Source: Octopus bimaculoides (taxonomy: Eukaryota). Taken from it: a DNA stretch of 64,000 bases. A model generated the notes under the pieces. The model saw only the letters and a list, made by a program, of their open reading frames with translations, did not search any database and was not told where the DNA came from. The position numbers and the translations under genes were made by a program. Position 1 is the first letter of the stretch. Every line of letters begins with the position of its first letter. This document shows, in pieces, positions 27,180 to 41,537 of this stretch. The DNA lies in contig NC_068983.1 in the NCBI RefSeq assembly GCF_001194135.2, positions 161,119,964 to 161,183,963 of the forward strand, given 5' to 3'.

Positions 27180-27605
27180 TTAGTTTCAAATTTTGGCACA
27201 AGGCCAGCAGTTTTAGAGGAGGGGGTTAGTTGATTTCCTTGACCCCAAAACTCAACTGGTATTTATTCTATTAACCCCGAAAGGATAAAATGTGCAATTA
27301 ATCTCGGTTGAATTTAAATTCAGAACGTAAAGAACCGTTTAGCATTTAGTCCGGCGTGGTAATGATTTTGCCAGCTCTCCGCCTTGAGTATGGCAATATT
27401 CTTTTCTTTTCTACTATAAGCACCAGGCCTGAAATTTTTGGTGGAGGGGATAAGTCGATTACATCGACCCCATTCAACTTCATTGAACCCGAAAGGATGA
27501 AAGGCAAGGTCCACCTCGGTGGAATTTGAACTCAACACGTAATGGCGGACAGAATGCTGCTAAACATTTTAGCCGGCGCGGTGATGAGTCTGCCAGCAGG
27601 CTACC
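27180..27605 (-). mobile_element. Two family-A SINE copies
   Basis: Reverse-complement family-A units at ~27180-27385 and ~27405-27605. Confidence 0.75.
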
Positions 27606-27633
27606 TTGAGTACGTTAATGTTACTAAACACCA

Positions 27634-28032
27634 AGGCGGCGCGATGGCCGAATCGTTAGCACGCCGGGCGAAATGCTTAGCGGTATTTTGTCTGCCGTTA
27701 TGCTCTGAGTTCAAATTTCGCCGAGGTCGACTTTACTTTTCATCTTTTCGGGGTCGATAAATTAAGTACCATTTACGCAATGGGGGTCGATGTAATCGAC
27801 TTAATCCCTTTGTTTGTCACCTCTACGTTTAGCCCCTGGTGGTCAATAAAGAAATAAGAAACGTTAGCACACCGGGCGAAATGCTTAGCGGTATTTCGTC
27901 TGTCTTTACGTTCTGAGTTCAAATTCCGCCGAGGTCGACTTTGCCTTTCATCCTTCCGAGGTCGATAAATTAAGTAATCGACTGGCCCCTTCCCCCCACA
28001 AAATTTTGGGCCTTGTGCCTAGAGTAAAAACG
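27634..28032 (+). mobile_element. Dimeric family-A SINE (A2 unit + 5'-clipped A unit)
   Basis: Second unit starts at AAGAAACGTTAGCAC. Diverged TSD AATGTTACTAAACAC (27617-27631) / AATATTACTAAATAC (28033-28047). Confidence 0.8.
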
Positions 28033-29652
28033 AATATTACTAAATACTAACGCCCGTGAGATATCAACGGTTTATCGAGCTGGTATAAAGTTGTGTTGGT
28101 CCGAATTATCCAAACGACAAAAACTAGTGTACACTTGAGTACACAGGCAAGGCTGAGGGATTAAACATTCCCTTCGCAATCATCAGGTACCGGGTTCGGT
28201 CCCACTGCCCTGTCCTTGTATGTGAAACTCGATAGACGGAAACTGTGTCGAAGCTGGTCAGAGAGGTTGTATCCGTAGTTTAATGGTCCGGTTATGTCAC
28301 ATATTGTATTATATTAATTCTACCTTAGAATTTCATTTGGAGTACACATTACTGTAGATTACTCCACCACCTATTCGTAAATATAACATGTAAATATTTC
28401 ACTTGACCGAGCAAGTGGAAGTAATCGCCGACAATGACGGAGGACCAATTAAATTAGTGTAACTTCTCGCTGGTTTCTCAAAGGTCGTGGGAGTAATTTG
28501 TTCCCATAAATGCAAGTAAATGCAATAGTCGTCAGCAATGCCTTTCGAGAGTATATGTATTTTCAGCTCGATAGACTGAATCTGTAGGAGTTTTAAATAT
28601 TTACCAATAAACATAGTTTAATGTTGATGAGTGAACGTGAATCATCGACTCTTCAGTCAGTAAAGCCATGCCCTTACCACACGGCTACTGGCAATTCTCT
28701 ACATGAGATACTTTACAATTCAGTCTATTCTAATTTAAATATTTCTTTTCTGAATCGTAATAGGTTAACGTTAGCGCCAAGAAAACATTTGTCATAGTAA
28801 CAATAAAAACGCTGTGGTCGTACATAATCATATCTTCAGTAACACACACGAAGAGGGAAGTGGCGGGGAGAAAGCCTTCAGTTCTCAATATTTTTTACCC
28901 AACAGGTGGACAGTGGCGAACAGAAAAGAAAATCTGCTTCATAGAAACGTGTGTGTGTGTGTGTGAGTGTGAAAGTACGTTTAGATATGTGTATATTTTT
29001 GAGTTACGTAGTTTCTATATTTCTGTGTATGCGGAGTGCATTAGCTGCCTAAGTTAATGTTATCCTTGTATATTTTATTGAAGATTTTTATCTCGTTAGT
29101 CTGGAGACGGATCTATTTATGCTAACCCAAAACTCTTTTATTAGCTGTTTGGTTTTGAAAGCTAAATCAGTCGTGATTTGAACTTACATAGATCTTCCCT
29201 AAACGACTTCCAGTAGTAAATATGCACCACCAGAAAAGCAGTAAGTCAGATAAGCACTCTATTTATCACTAGTTATAGCAGCTCGTTTTCAACATTAACA
29301 CGCAGTATGTTTACAATTATTAATACATCAGATTGTTATTATTAGCTTTGTGTGCTATCAGGTGCTCAAACAGGCGACCAGCTGACGCCATAAGGCTGAT
29401 CTCCACACTTCCCCTATTCTTCAACTTATTCCGGCTTCAGCAGTCTTCGTTCGCTTGCAGATCAAATGAATTTCTGAAAGCACTTTTGGATTCTTACTTT
29501 TGGCAACCATTCATGGGACAATGTTTTAATCTCTTTCCAGACCCTAGACAAACCGTCATCAGTTTGGACAGGTTAAATCGTAGGAAATGGACACTTGGGG
29601 ATTATAAACATATATGAAATTAATGGAAAACAGAAACACGCACAAATATATC

Positions 29653-29736
<84 letters not shown>

Positions 29737-30149
29737 ATACATACATGCACACATATATATATCGCATTTATATTTATATGCACATAAGGACACCCGTAAT
29801 ATATGATTTTGTGTGTATGTATATAGTTCTATACATATATATACGCATAGACACACACATACATACGACATACACCCACAAAAAAAAATATATATTTCTA
29901 TATTCAATTTCAACGTGCCTCATACTTAGCGATACTGAAAGTGACATGTATCAACAAATGAAGTTAGGGATCTGATGAATACAATAGGTGTGTGGAAAGA
30001 GAGAGAAGGAAATAGAGAGAGAGAGAGAAACAAACAAGGGCAGAGATAGGGAAGTAGATGGATGGAGACGTACATACATATACACACGACAAATGCATAT
30101 ATATATATTTATATATATATGTATATTCATATATATATATACATATATA

Positions 30150-30213
<64 letters not shown>

Positions 30214-30489
30214 TGCATACATATATAGGTACATACATACATGCACACATTCATGTGTGTGTGTATGTATGTATGTAAATACGTATGTGTGTCATTATTC
30301 AGTTTATTTCAAGATTTCTTGCCAATAGAGAAAGAGCTGGTTTCTAACCTAGATCCAAGGCTTCTTCATTGGAATTTCAACAACAACAACAGGGTATGTA
30401 TGTATGTATGTATGTAGGTGCAGATTTGTATGTTTTTATGTATGTATTCTCATGCATATTCTTGCATATCTAGGCATAATAAATAAAAT

Positions 30490-30732
30490 AAATGCGCCCT
30501 TTTAAAGCCTGGGCCCGGTTTCCCGGTTTCCCGGTTTCAATGGCGTACGTGTTCCCCAGCTGGACGGGACGCCAGTCCATCGCTGCGTTACTCATTTTTG
30601 CCAGCTGAGTGGACTGGAGCAACGTGAAATGAAGTGGTTTACTCAAGAACAACGCATCACCCGGTTCAGGAATCGAAACCTCAATCTTACGATCATGATG
30701 CTGACACCCTAACCCCTATGCCACGCGCCTCC
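30490..30732 (-). mobile_element. Family-C SINE variant
   Basis: Reverse complement has a tRNA-like head (GCGCGTGGCATAG..GGTTAGGG..CATGATCGTAAG..GGTTTCGATTCC) and the CAGTCCACTCAGCTGGCAAAAATGAGT domain. Confidence 0.75.
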
Positions 30733-30749
30733 ACATATCTCGGCATGCT

Positions 30750-31070
30750 CATATATATTTTAATGATAACCTTCTGGGAAGTTTTACAAATTTTTACAGT
30801 TCCAGTGATGGATTGGATCTGTAGTCTTCGAATTAGCTTTCTCCTTTCTGGATTTGAGAAGCCTAATTTCTCAAGATTGGTATTTAGGCAGTGTGTTACA
30901 TATCTCAGGGCACCAATAATTACATGTATAAACCTAAACTTGTAATCTGGATAGAGTAACTGCAGATTTCTCAATGGTTCAGCACAGGTAATCTCTTTTC
31001 CACTGATCTTCAGCTTCATGTTAGTAGCCACTGGGCAGCTAATTTCCACAACTGTACACAGTTTCTCTTC
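30750..31070 (-). mobile_element. 3' fragment of an RLE-class non-LTR retrotransposon
   Basis: ORF 30693-31049: 'EISCP..KEITCAEPLRNLQLLYPDYKFRFIHVIIGALRY..LQIQSITGTVKICK', the typical RLE C-terminus (PIIVGALG..GT). Confidence 0.7.
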
Positions 31071-31084
31071 TCTATCCCGGTCAC

Positions 31085-31337
31085 AATGTTCTTCAAGAAG
31101 AGTTCAGGCATTAGGAAAACGTTCTTCCTGTGGTTTCACTATTAAACATAACATCTGAAATGGTGAGGTGATTCCTCTGAAACACTTTTGGAGTTACATC
31201 AGTAAAAGAAGCCGCTTCAAAACAGGTCATGATACAGATGTTTTATGTGGTATGAAGGATTTAACATTTTCTATCTCTTCTTGATCCATCGGATGCAGCA
31301 AAGAAGTGGTATTAGGAAGCAGGAAATGGACTTTCAT
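31085..31337 (-). mobile_element. Tigger/pogo (DDE_1) transposase remnant
   Basis: Minus-strand translation 'MKVHFLLPNTTSLLHPMDQEEIENVK' matches the FLPPNTTSxxQPMDQGVI motif. Confidence 0.6.
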
Positions 31338-32410
31338 AAAAATAAAACTCCTGGAGCATTTGATTCATGTGATTAATAACAATAATAAATAAATATATAA
31401 AAGAAAAGTAAAAATAAATGTTATTAAAAATCCATACCGCATTTCAAATATCAATCTCTCCATTGAAGATATAAAAAGTAAAACATAAATTACCTATAAA
31501 ATAAAAATACTTTATTAATATTTTTTTAAAAATTAAAAATTTTAAGAACAAAGTATTATAAATTACACTATTGAAAGGTCACACAAATTCTCACCTAAGT
31601 TTAAAAGCTGTTCGACCAAAGAGTAAAATTTTCTTGGGGTAGTCATGGTGGGAAAGCATACCAGTGAACCACATCATAAAATTTCAAGTAACACAAGCAT
31701 TCTTGTTGGAAACATATTTTCAATGTCTAGAGAAGAATATATAAGCATAAAGCAAACTACATATAAGAAATCTCCGCCAGCGAGAATCGTAGTCGTAGTA
31801 AAATTTTATTTAGCATGTGTTGAAGGGAGTATAATGTCTTTTATTAATTTATCAAATGTTTATCCATTATGTCTTTAGATATAGTCTCTATAGAATCTAA
31901 AAATCTGTCTTGCTGAGTGCGTCTAATTCATATGTATCCCTTCAAGGTCACATATTTTTTCAGTCTTGTAAGCCCTCAAAATGAAGTGATAAGTGCCTGC
32001 TTGATCAGGTTTCTTACCCCTGGTAGCATCTCTGTCAAAAATTATGGTATTACTGGCGTGCATGATAGTGTCAACATCGTTGCCTTCAATATTATTATAG
32101 CCATTAACCAATTTTATTGTACTAATGTACATGGGCTTAAAAATAAAGGTGTAACTATATGCCATGAGCGTACCTGCATGTGTGTATGTTCATATATGCA
32201 TAATCGATATGATGAAGGAATACATTTGATGAATTCTACTGAAAAAAGGCTATTAGTTTATGGTATCCTTTTGTAGTGGTACACAAATTAAACTAATTAA
32301 AGTATCCTTTTGCTGCTTTGCTGGAACTTACAGAGCTCTGTGCATAATGCTTACGTACGTACTGCTAAGCATTTTGTTTGGTTGGTTAATTGCTTTGCCA
32401 GTTCGCCACC

Positions 32411-32496
<86 letters not shown>

Positions 32497-32506
32497 NNNN
32501 NNNNNN

Positions 32507-33029
32507 TGGATTCTGATCTTAACTGACTGGAAGTGTTATCATGTACATTTGTTTTGTCTTGGTATAAAAGATGGGCTACAGCAAATATTCTGCTTAATAC
32601 CACATAGGTTTTCTAGTCAGTTGCTTGACATTAACCAGCTGAGCATGTCCCTTGGTGGCTGACGATATGTACACCTCTGATCATGAGCAGAAGTAGTGGG
32701 GGAGCATCATGGCCATGTGTTGAGAGGAATTCTTTGGGGTTTGAATAATTCAACTCTGGAAACATGGGTGTTTCGTTCATCATCCTTAAACAAACCTTAT
32801 TCAGGGACCTTTTGAGCGGGATATGCAACTCAGCCTGAATAAAATTCTAACTGGGCCCCATCTGCAAAGTCATGCACTGTTTATCTCCATATAAGATCAC
32901 CATATCACGCACATATGATTGTGATGCATGTGCCTGGTGTATCCTTATCAGACGAGTAGTCATGATGGGTATATTGGGCCTTGTATAATTGAACCCCAGT
33001 GTCACTTTGATGGCATGCGCTACTCTCTC
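32507..33029. mobile_element. ~550-bp non-coding repeat flanked by (TAA)n
   Basis: Colinear with 33613-34161; (AAT)n on both sides; no long ORF. Confidence 0.8.
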
Positions 33030-33084
<55 letters not shown>

Positions 33085-33094
33085 GTAGTAATAA

Positions 33095-33566
33095 TAAGAC
33101 CCCTGCCACCTTCTGTGCGTTGTATATATAGCCTTTCTATGTCAGATTTTGAGTGGTGCATTCTATATCCTGTCATTATTTTTCTTGTTTTACTGTCTAT
33201 TTTAGATAGTTCGTTTAGTGTCCAGTTAAGGATATTGTAGCTGCAACTTATAACTGGGACAGCCAAAGTGTTAATACCTATTATCTTGTTTTTAGCATTG
33301 AGCTCTGTTTTTAGTATTGATCTAACTCGTCTATAGTACTCTTTCTTTATTTTTTCTTTCATATGTGTATGTTGTATCCTATCTAGTTCATTGACTCCTA
33401 AATATTTGTATGGTTGGCTTTCGTCTAGTTCTCTTATTTCATTGGCTTTATCTAGTGTGATGTTGCTACTTTTTAACTAATTTTCCTCTTTTCAGGGTTG
33501 CTTTGGCACATTTTTCTAATCCGAATTTCATATCTATTTCCTTGGTAAAGCCATGTACTCTGAACA
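33095..33566 (-). mobile_element. R4/Dong-like reverse transcriptase fragment
   Basis: 'DMKFGLEKCAK', 'YKYLGV', 'KEYYRRVRSILKTELNAKNKIIGINTLAVPV..KTRKIMT..HHSKSDIERLYIQRTEGGRGL'. Confidence 0.85.
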
Positions 33567-33612
33567 ATAATAATAATAAGAGACTGGTCAAGTTAATGAA
33601 GACACCTCTGAT

Positions 33613-34161
33613 GATGCAGTACCAGGCAGTGGCTCCTATGGTTTCTGATCTTAACTGATTGGAAGTGTTATTATGAACATTAAATTGGCTTGGTATAAAA
33701 GATGAGCCACAGCAAATATTCTACTCAATACCACAGATTTGCTTGTCTGGTGTTTGACCTTAACCAGTTGAGCATGTCTCTTGGCGGTTGACGATATGTG
33801 CATCTCTGATCCCGAGCAGGAGTAGTTGGAGAGCATCATAGCCATGTGTTGAGAGGAATTCTTTGGGGGTGGAATAATTCACCTCTGAAAACATGGGTGT
33901 TTCGTTCAACATTATTAAACAACCCTTATTCAAGGACCTTTTGAGCACTATGGTGTACTTGACTTGAAGAAAATCCTAACTAGGCCTACCCTGCAAGGTC
34001 ATGCGCTGTTTATCTTGATATGAGTTCACTAAGTCGCCCGTATATGGTCGTGATGCATGTACCCGATGTACCCTTATCAGACGGATAGTTATGATGGATA
34101 GACTGTGCTTCGTATATTTTACCCCAGTGTCACTTTGATGCCATGCACTGCTCTCTTACTC
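33613..34161. mobile_element. Second full copy of the TAA-flanked non-coding repeat
   Basis: Followed by (AAC)n(AAT)n to ~34211. Confidence 0.8.
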
Positions 34162-34182
34162 AACAACAACAACAACAACAAC

Positions 34183-34232
<50 letters not shown>

Positions 34233-35460
34233 GTTTGGAATTTTTGTACGACGCCATGAAAAGAGTTAAATATTTAGGTGTTAATTAAAAATGTGGAAGA
34301 TGCTATTTATGTTGAGTTAATAATTCTGCAGGAAAAATTGATGTCAAGGTATATATTAGAAAGTAAGTAAACCAGTTCTCCAATACAGGGTAAGGTTACC
34401 CAATGGGCTAAAAAATGGTTTGAAAATATTTTGTTGATTTAAATAAGAATCTATTTTTTCGAGTAATTTTTAAAAGATGTCTTTTGTATAGAACATTTCA
34501 CAAGTCCCTGCAAAAGTGCAGAGCTTGCCTCGTCTCTTCTTTCCAGTGCGTGATTTTACCTTAGAGAGAATATTTCAATCTAAATTGTATGGTATATTCA
34601 CATTCTTTCAATTCTTAAACGTAACTCGAAAGTGAAATGCCATTATTTAAAGCACAATTTCGAATGAGTGGATGTTTTCTTGCGAAGAGACAAATGTATA
34701 TTTTATATCTTAGTAGAAATTGCAGTTTGTGCATTACGGTGGTAAATAGAATGAAGTTTGTAGGTTATTTGCCCGAGGACGCAATTATTTGAGTTGGGAA
34801 AAGTATTGATAGCGGGAATTATTTGAATTGAGAAAAGTATTGATATGGATATTGATATTTTAGTTTTGCTAAATTTGGCCAGATTAGTGAATACGATAGT
34901 CTGGGCAAAGTTAGGTGCTATCGAATAAGTGATTTTAGAAGTACTTTAAAGATTCTAGAGAAGTTTATATATTCATGTGTTTCTTCATTTCAAAATTGTA
35001 AGCATTAAATAACTCAACAAATAGGAACAAACCACAAATTCAAAGACCATAACTCAATCGGTTTAATAACATAGCCTTTCTATCTAAAAAAAATCTATTA
35101 AGCAACTCATGCTGTAGACGGAATGTTTTAACAAAAATATGAGATAATATGCTTTTTGTTTTGACAAAAATAATGAAAACTTAAGAATTATAATGAATTC
35201 GTGTTTAGATCAAATATGAGGCATTCCGTTGATCGACTGATATTACCTTTTGGGGATGAACTATAAACTCTCGTTAGAAACATTAAATTTGAGTAACACG
35301 ATAATTCTTTCTAACAAGATTTTAATTTTAAAAAAAAACATCTGGTATTTTAGAAATGCGCTTGAAAATTCGATAAAACTGGGATCTTGTGCCAAATAGA
35401 TAATAAATTTTACCATAGCCTTGTCTTCAACCCTATCCAATGTTTATATAAGAACACACA

Positions 35461-35647
35461 CATAGGCGCAGGAGTGGCTGTGTGGTAAGTAGCTTGCTTA
35501 CCAAACACATGGTTCTGGGTTCATTCCCACTGCGAGGCACCTTGGGCAAGTGTCTTCTACTATAGCCTCGGGCCGACCAAAGCCTTGTGAATGGACTTGG
35601 TAGACGGAAACTGAAAGAAGCCCGTCGTATATATGTATATATATATG

Positions 35648-35698
<51 letters not shown>

Positions 35699-35915
35699 GT
35701 ATGTGTGTGTATATGTTTGTGTGTCTGTGTTTGTCCCCCTAGAATCGCTTGACAACCGATGGTGGTGTGTTTACGTCCCCGTAACTTAGCGGCCCGGTAA
35801 AAGAGACCGATAGAATAAGTACTAGGCTTCCGAATAAGTCCTGGGGTCGATTTTCTCGACTAAAAGATGGTGCTCCAGCATGGCCGCAGTCAAATGACTG
35901 AAACAAGTAAAGAGT
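35461..35915 (+). mobile_element. Full-length family-B SINE
   Basis: tRNA-like head GGCGCAGGAGTGGCTGTGTGGTAAG..GGGTTCATTCCC, CCTTGGGCAAGTGTC domain, internal (TA)n/(TG)n, 3' domain ending CAAATGACTGAAACAAGTAAA. Confidence 0.9.
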
Positions 35916-36330
35916 ACACATCAGAGCACTTAATAATATTAATGAGGATCTACAGAAGACCTTTGTAAAAGTACAAAGTACTCCCCTTAGACAACGCTTA
36001 AGGAACGTAAAGCTAATTTCAATAAAGTCCCATCAATTTAAGTTTTTTAACTCTTCAAAATCTGACACAAATATAACCAGTTCCCAAATTTCAAGTAACA
36101 TTTTACCGAAAGCTCACGTTGATATCCTTATGGTAAAATACTCAAGGTGTCACTAATTAGTTTAGAAGCTCTCCTAAGACTTATTCTCAGCTCGAAGGTG
36201 GTTTCTACTATTTTGACAGCTTGTTATCTGTGAACTGTAATCTTCGGACTACAGATAGAATTTTAAAAAATTCACAGCTTTTTAAGAACCCAGGACCGCT
36301 TAGGACTCACCTTAGAAACTAATTTCACTA

Positions 36331-36500
36331 TATCTAACTTCTTAGTCCAATAATTTATACAACCTATTTTATAAACACGCTGAAGCTATAGCTAACTTCT
36401 TAGTCCAATAATTTATACAACCTATTTTATAAACACGCTGAAGCCATATCTAACTTCTTTGTCCAATAATTTATACTGCCTATTTCATTAACACGCTGAA
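36331..36500. repeat. 58-bp tandem repeat, 3 units
   Basis: CTAACTTCTTAGTCCAATAATTTATACAACCTATTTTATAAACACGCTGAAGC repeated with period 58. Confidence 0.9.
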
Positions 36501-36939
36501 ACTCTGGACTGTGCACACAGGACAACCATAAATAACCAACCCAGGACAACCATGAATGACTTAGTAGGACAATATCATTTAGACTGTAGAATATTTACAC
36601 ATATGAATAAATATCTGAGAATGTTTCAATGTATTACAATAAATGGTAGATGTTTAAGTGTCTTCCAGAAATCGGCAAGCTTCATGGTCGATGTTTTAAA
36701 CATCCCTGGGCTGTGCATCTATGAGATAGACATTGGTTGTAAGCAGCGTAAGAATCGACTTAATTAGGTTCAGTCTGTCTGCTGTAAAAGAAAGCATTTT
36801 ACTTGTGCAGTGCAGAAACTACCGAGTGATGGTCTAAATCTAGAACTTGTCCGCTGATAAAGTTACTCTACCTTTCTCACCTGCACCTGCAGCACTGAAC
36901 TCATATCTATATACCTCAACCAGTTCTTTTTACTCTTGG

Positions 36940-37450
36940 TAGCTGCCTCCATCACATATCTATGGCAGCAATCATACACTCCACCTTTTCAACTCTTTTA
37001 TTCTACTGGTCCCTTCCAGTTATTTTTCAACATAGAATTTAAAGCTTTCTGTATTGTTATACCCCAGTATTGACAGATCCTTAGCCCTCAAATTGAACTA
37101 ACGCACTATGTTTGAGTATAGTGCAACCACCGAACTTGTCCTCATTTTCAGTAACTCTTCCTTTTTCCAGAAATTTCTAGTGGCAGTTCACTGACGGGTC
37201 ACCTGTACCAGGACAGGACTCAACTTTACCAGCGAATTTGTTAGCTACTGTTCAGGCTCAGATTGTCCATACATTTCATCAGCTTTGCTCATGAGCTATA
37301 TGATAGTTACATTGATGACTTTATCGACGTCGCCTCTTTTAATTAGCTCATATGATAGTTACATTGATGACTTTATCGACGTCACCTCTTTTAATTAGCT
37401 CACTTCCTTCATTTCCTTCGTTAACTCCTTCTACTCTACCAAGGAAATCA
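36940..37450 (+). mobile_element. Highly degenerate Penelope-like RT fragment
   Basis: Ordered motifs 'LFFNIEFKAFCIVIP' (~FTMDVKSLYTVIP), 'TELVLIFSNSSF', 'GVT.TRTGLNFTSEFVSY' (~GVAMGTRMGPNYANLFVGY), 'SYIDDFI...LTSFISFVNSF'. Confidence 0.55.
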
Positions 37451-38111
37451 CCTCGATCAACTTCATCAAATCCGTCAACTTCTTTGAAAACCAGAAGTTG
37501 GTGAAGCAGTGCAGAACTCGGGTTCAGTGAGATCACAACGAGACAATTGAGGAAAACTGCTGGAGCTTTATGGGGCGATTACTCTGCAAAACAATGAGTG
37601 GGTTTAGAATTATTCATGCAACAAAGCAAGTGAGGTGGAATAAGATACATTACTAAAGTCACATACAAAGCTACTAAGGGACTTTGGTTAAAGAAGGCTG
37701 GCCCATGGCGTTTTCGTGAATGGATGCAAACTGTGACTTGATCAACCTCCGCTAAAATAAATACTGCAAGGACATCACTCATGGTTCATCTTAAAGCATC
37801 TCTGTGAGATGTATATTGAAAACACACGCGCAAATACACACTCGCACACACACATATTTAACGAGAGAGACGGAATATGGGATATACGGGAATCTTTATT
37901 AATCACTACAATCGTTTCAACCCATCTAGCATATAAGTCCATTATCTTTTTTTTCATCTTCGATCTCATTGTTTGCTTACATCTGACGTCTCGAATACGA
38001 AACGTCTTAACAAAATCAGTACTGGCTATAATTTCTATAGAATATCTGTAGAGATAACCTTAACAAGCATATCAAAGTATATTAAAAACGATTAATATAA
38101 CTTTATAGTAA

Positions 38112-38320
38112 GGCGGTGCGCTGGCAGAGCGTTAGTACGCCGGGAAAACTGCTTAGCGGTATTTCGTCTGTCTTTACGTTTTGAGTTCAAATTCCGTCGA
38201 GGTCAACTTTGCCTTTCATCCTTTTGGGGTCGATAAATTAGGTACCAGTTGCGTACTGAGTCGATCTAATCGACTGGCTCCCTCCCCCAGAATTTCGGGC
38301 CTTGTACCTAGAGTAGAAAA
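38112..38320 (+). mobile_element. Family-A SINE with short TSD-like flanks
   Basis: Full head and body; ACTTTATAGTA on the left, ACTTTATAAGTA on the right. Confidence 0.85.
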
Positions 38321-38949
38321 CAATGTACTTTATAAGTATGTTATGGTTGTATAACGAAATACCGCGTCCCTACAAGTCAATAATAAGTGTATATATATAT
38401 ATATATATATATATATNNNNNNNNNNNNNNNNNNNNNNNNNNNNNNNNNNNNNNNNNNNNNNNNNNNNNNNNNNNNNNNNNNNNNNNNNNNNNNNNNNNN
38501 NNNNNNNNNNNNNNNNNNNNNNNNNNNNNNNNNNNNNNNNNNNNNNNNNNNNNNNNNNNNNNNNNNNNNNNNNNNNNNNNNNNNNNNNNNNNNNNNNNNN
38601 NNNNNNNNNNNNNNNNNNNNNNNNNNNNNNNNNNNNNNNNNNNNNNNNNNNNNNNNNNNNNNNNNNNNNNNNNNNNNNNNNNNNNNNNNNNNNNNNNNNN
38701 NNNNNNNNNNNNNNNNNNNNNNNNNNNNNNNNNNNNNNNNNNNNNNNNNNNNNNNNNNNNNNNNNNNNNNNNNNNNNNNNNNNNNNNNNNNNNNNNNNNN
38801 NNNNNNNNNNNNNNNNNNNNNNNNNNNNNNNNNNNNNNNNNNNNNNNNNNNNNNNNNNNNNNNNNNNNNNNNNNNNNNNNNNNNNNNNNNNNNNNNNNNN
38901 NNNNNNNNNNNNNNNNNNNNNNNNNNNNNNNNNNNNNNNNNNNNNNNNC

Positions 38950-39312
38950 ACCGCCTTTAGTCGAATCAAATCGACCCCAGGACTTATTCTTTGTAAGCCT
39001 AGTACTTATTCTATCGGTCTCTTTTGCCGAACCGCTAAGTTACGGTGACTTAAACACACCAGCATCGGTTGTCAAGCGATGTTGGGGGGACAAACACAGA
39101 CACACAAACATATACACACACATACACACATACATACATATATATACATATATATACATATATACGACAGGCTTCTTTCAGTTTCCGTCTACCAAATCCA
39201 CTCACAAGGCTTTGGTCGGCCCGAGGCTATAGCAGAAAACACTTGCCCAAGGTGCCACACAGTGGGACTGAACCCGAGACCATGTGGCTGGTAAGCGAGC
39301 TAGTTACCACAC
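38950..39312 (-). mobile_element. Family-B SINE
   Basis: Reverse complement of the family-B unit with an internal CA/TA microsatellite. Confidence 0.85.
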
Positions 39313-39479
39313 ACACGAGAGTGGTTTTCAAAGCTGATGATTCATTCTTCCCATTGTCGCTACTCCGAGCTCCTTCCTTGTATACATTCGTTTAATCATC
39401 TAAGTATGTACAAACAACTTTGGAGAAGCGACAAATGAATAAACTTTACTGCATGCATTGAGAACTTTTTCTCTTGTTT

Positions 39480-40130
<651 letters not shown>

Positions 40131-41503
40131 ACGAAAATGTCTTGCTTGACGCCATTAAAATAGTTCGTCGTCTGCATTTTGAAGCCAACGTTGCCAACAG
40201 TTGAGCGGTTGGGTTTCTATCCAAAAGAGCAGACGGATAAATAAAGCTGCTCGGACACCTTAAGTCTTGAAGATTTGCCAAAATATGTTACAATTGTCCC
40301 TGAAAACCTACACAACTTTTTCTTTACATTTTCTCACATACACGCATGCACGCACACACACATACAAACACACACACAAACACATACACACATATACACA
40401 CACATACACACACACACTTCCAACTACACATTCGTGCATGCATACATACATACGAGTAAAAGCAAATCTTTGTATACATTAATCCATACACATACACGCA
40501 AAAATATAGATTCATACACCCCACTATACGAAAACACACACATATACAAAACTGCAAACACGCTTACACAGTTCATATAGCTAATTGTTCATATTATATT
40601 CTGAAGTATAGTCCTATCAGTTTATGAGTTTATAAAGAATTTATCGTACCCGACGAAGATATAGTCTTTGTCTCTTCATTTCACCTATTTACTCCTCCAA
40701 TTAATTCTCTTCCTTCTATTCCTCTCCCAATCGTCATCGTTATACCAGCCTTTCTTTCAATTATTTGTTATTAATATTGCTTATAACATAAGAGGTCTTA
40801 GACTTCCAGTCTTATTTTATCTAATTTCGTTTATCTAAGCTGGGAGCTACATAGCTTTTATCACTGTGGGGTCGGTGAAATAAGTTTCAGACATTCACCG
40901 GAGTCTGCTCAATTAACTCTACTAGCTGCCTACAGTTGTGTGGCCTTGTATCAGTATATGTATATCAGTTTAAATATCATCATGTTAGATCAGTAAAGCA
41001 AGTCGTAAGTTCCTTGTGAGTGAAGATTGCGATGAGGTTTCGATTTTCGGATGAGAGAGCTTTAAGCTAATTCAGGCCTTTAACGTCACTAGGAATGAAT
41101 ATCAAAACATTTCGTTGCTTCTTCGCTTGATATGAACAACCTGTGATACTATCTTAATATAACAGACAAAAGTTGGCTAGAGTTACATCTACCTAAATCG
41201 TCTAGGAATTACTTTGTTGCTATCTTCTTTTACTGGATGTTACTGGTGTAGCGGTTAAATTATAAACTAGTATACTAATCATTCGTTTAAAATAAATCAT
41301 TGTACCCATAATAGCATCGTTATCCAACTCATGTAATACATAGTCAAGTAAAATGTTTTGTTGATATTTTAATAATGTTTTTACCTCCACATACATAAAT
41401 TTCCAAGCAGCTATAACAAAGCCACGAATGAGATTTGATTTACCAGTTCCCTTCTAAATATCAAGTTGCTGTTTTCTTCATCAGTAAATCTTGACAATTT
41501 TAC

Positions 41504-41537
<34 letters not shown>

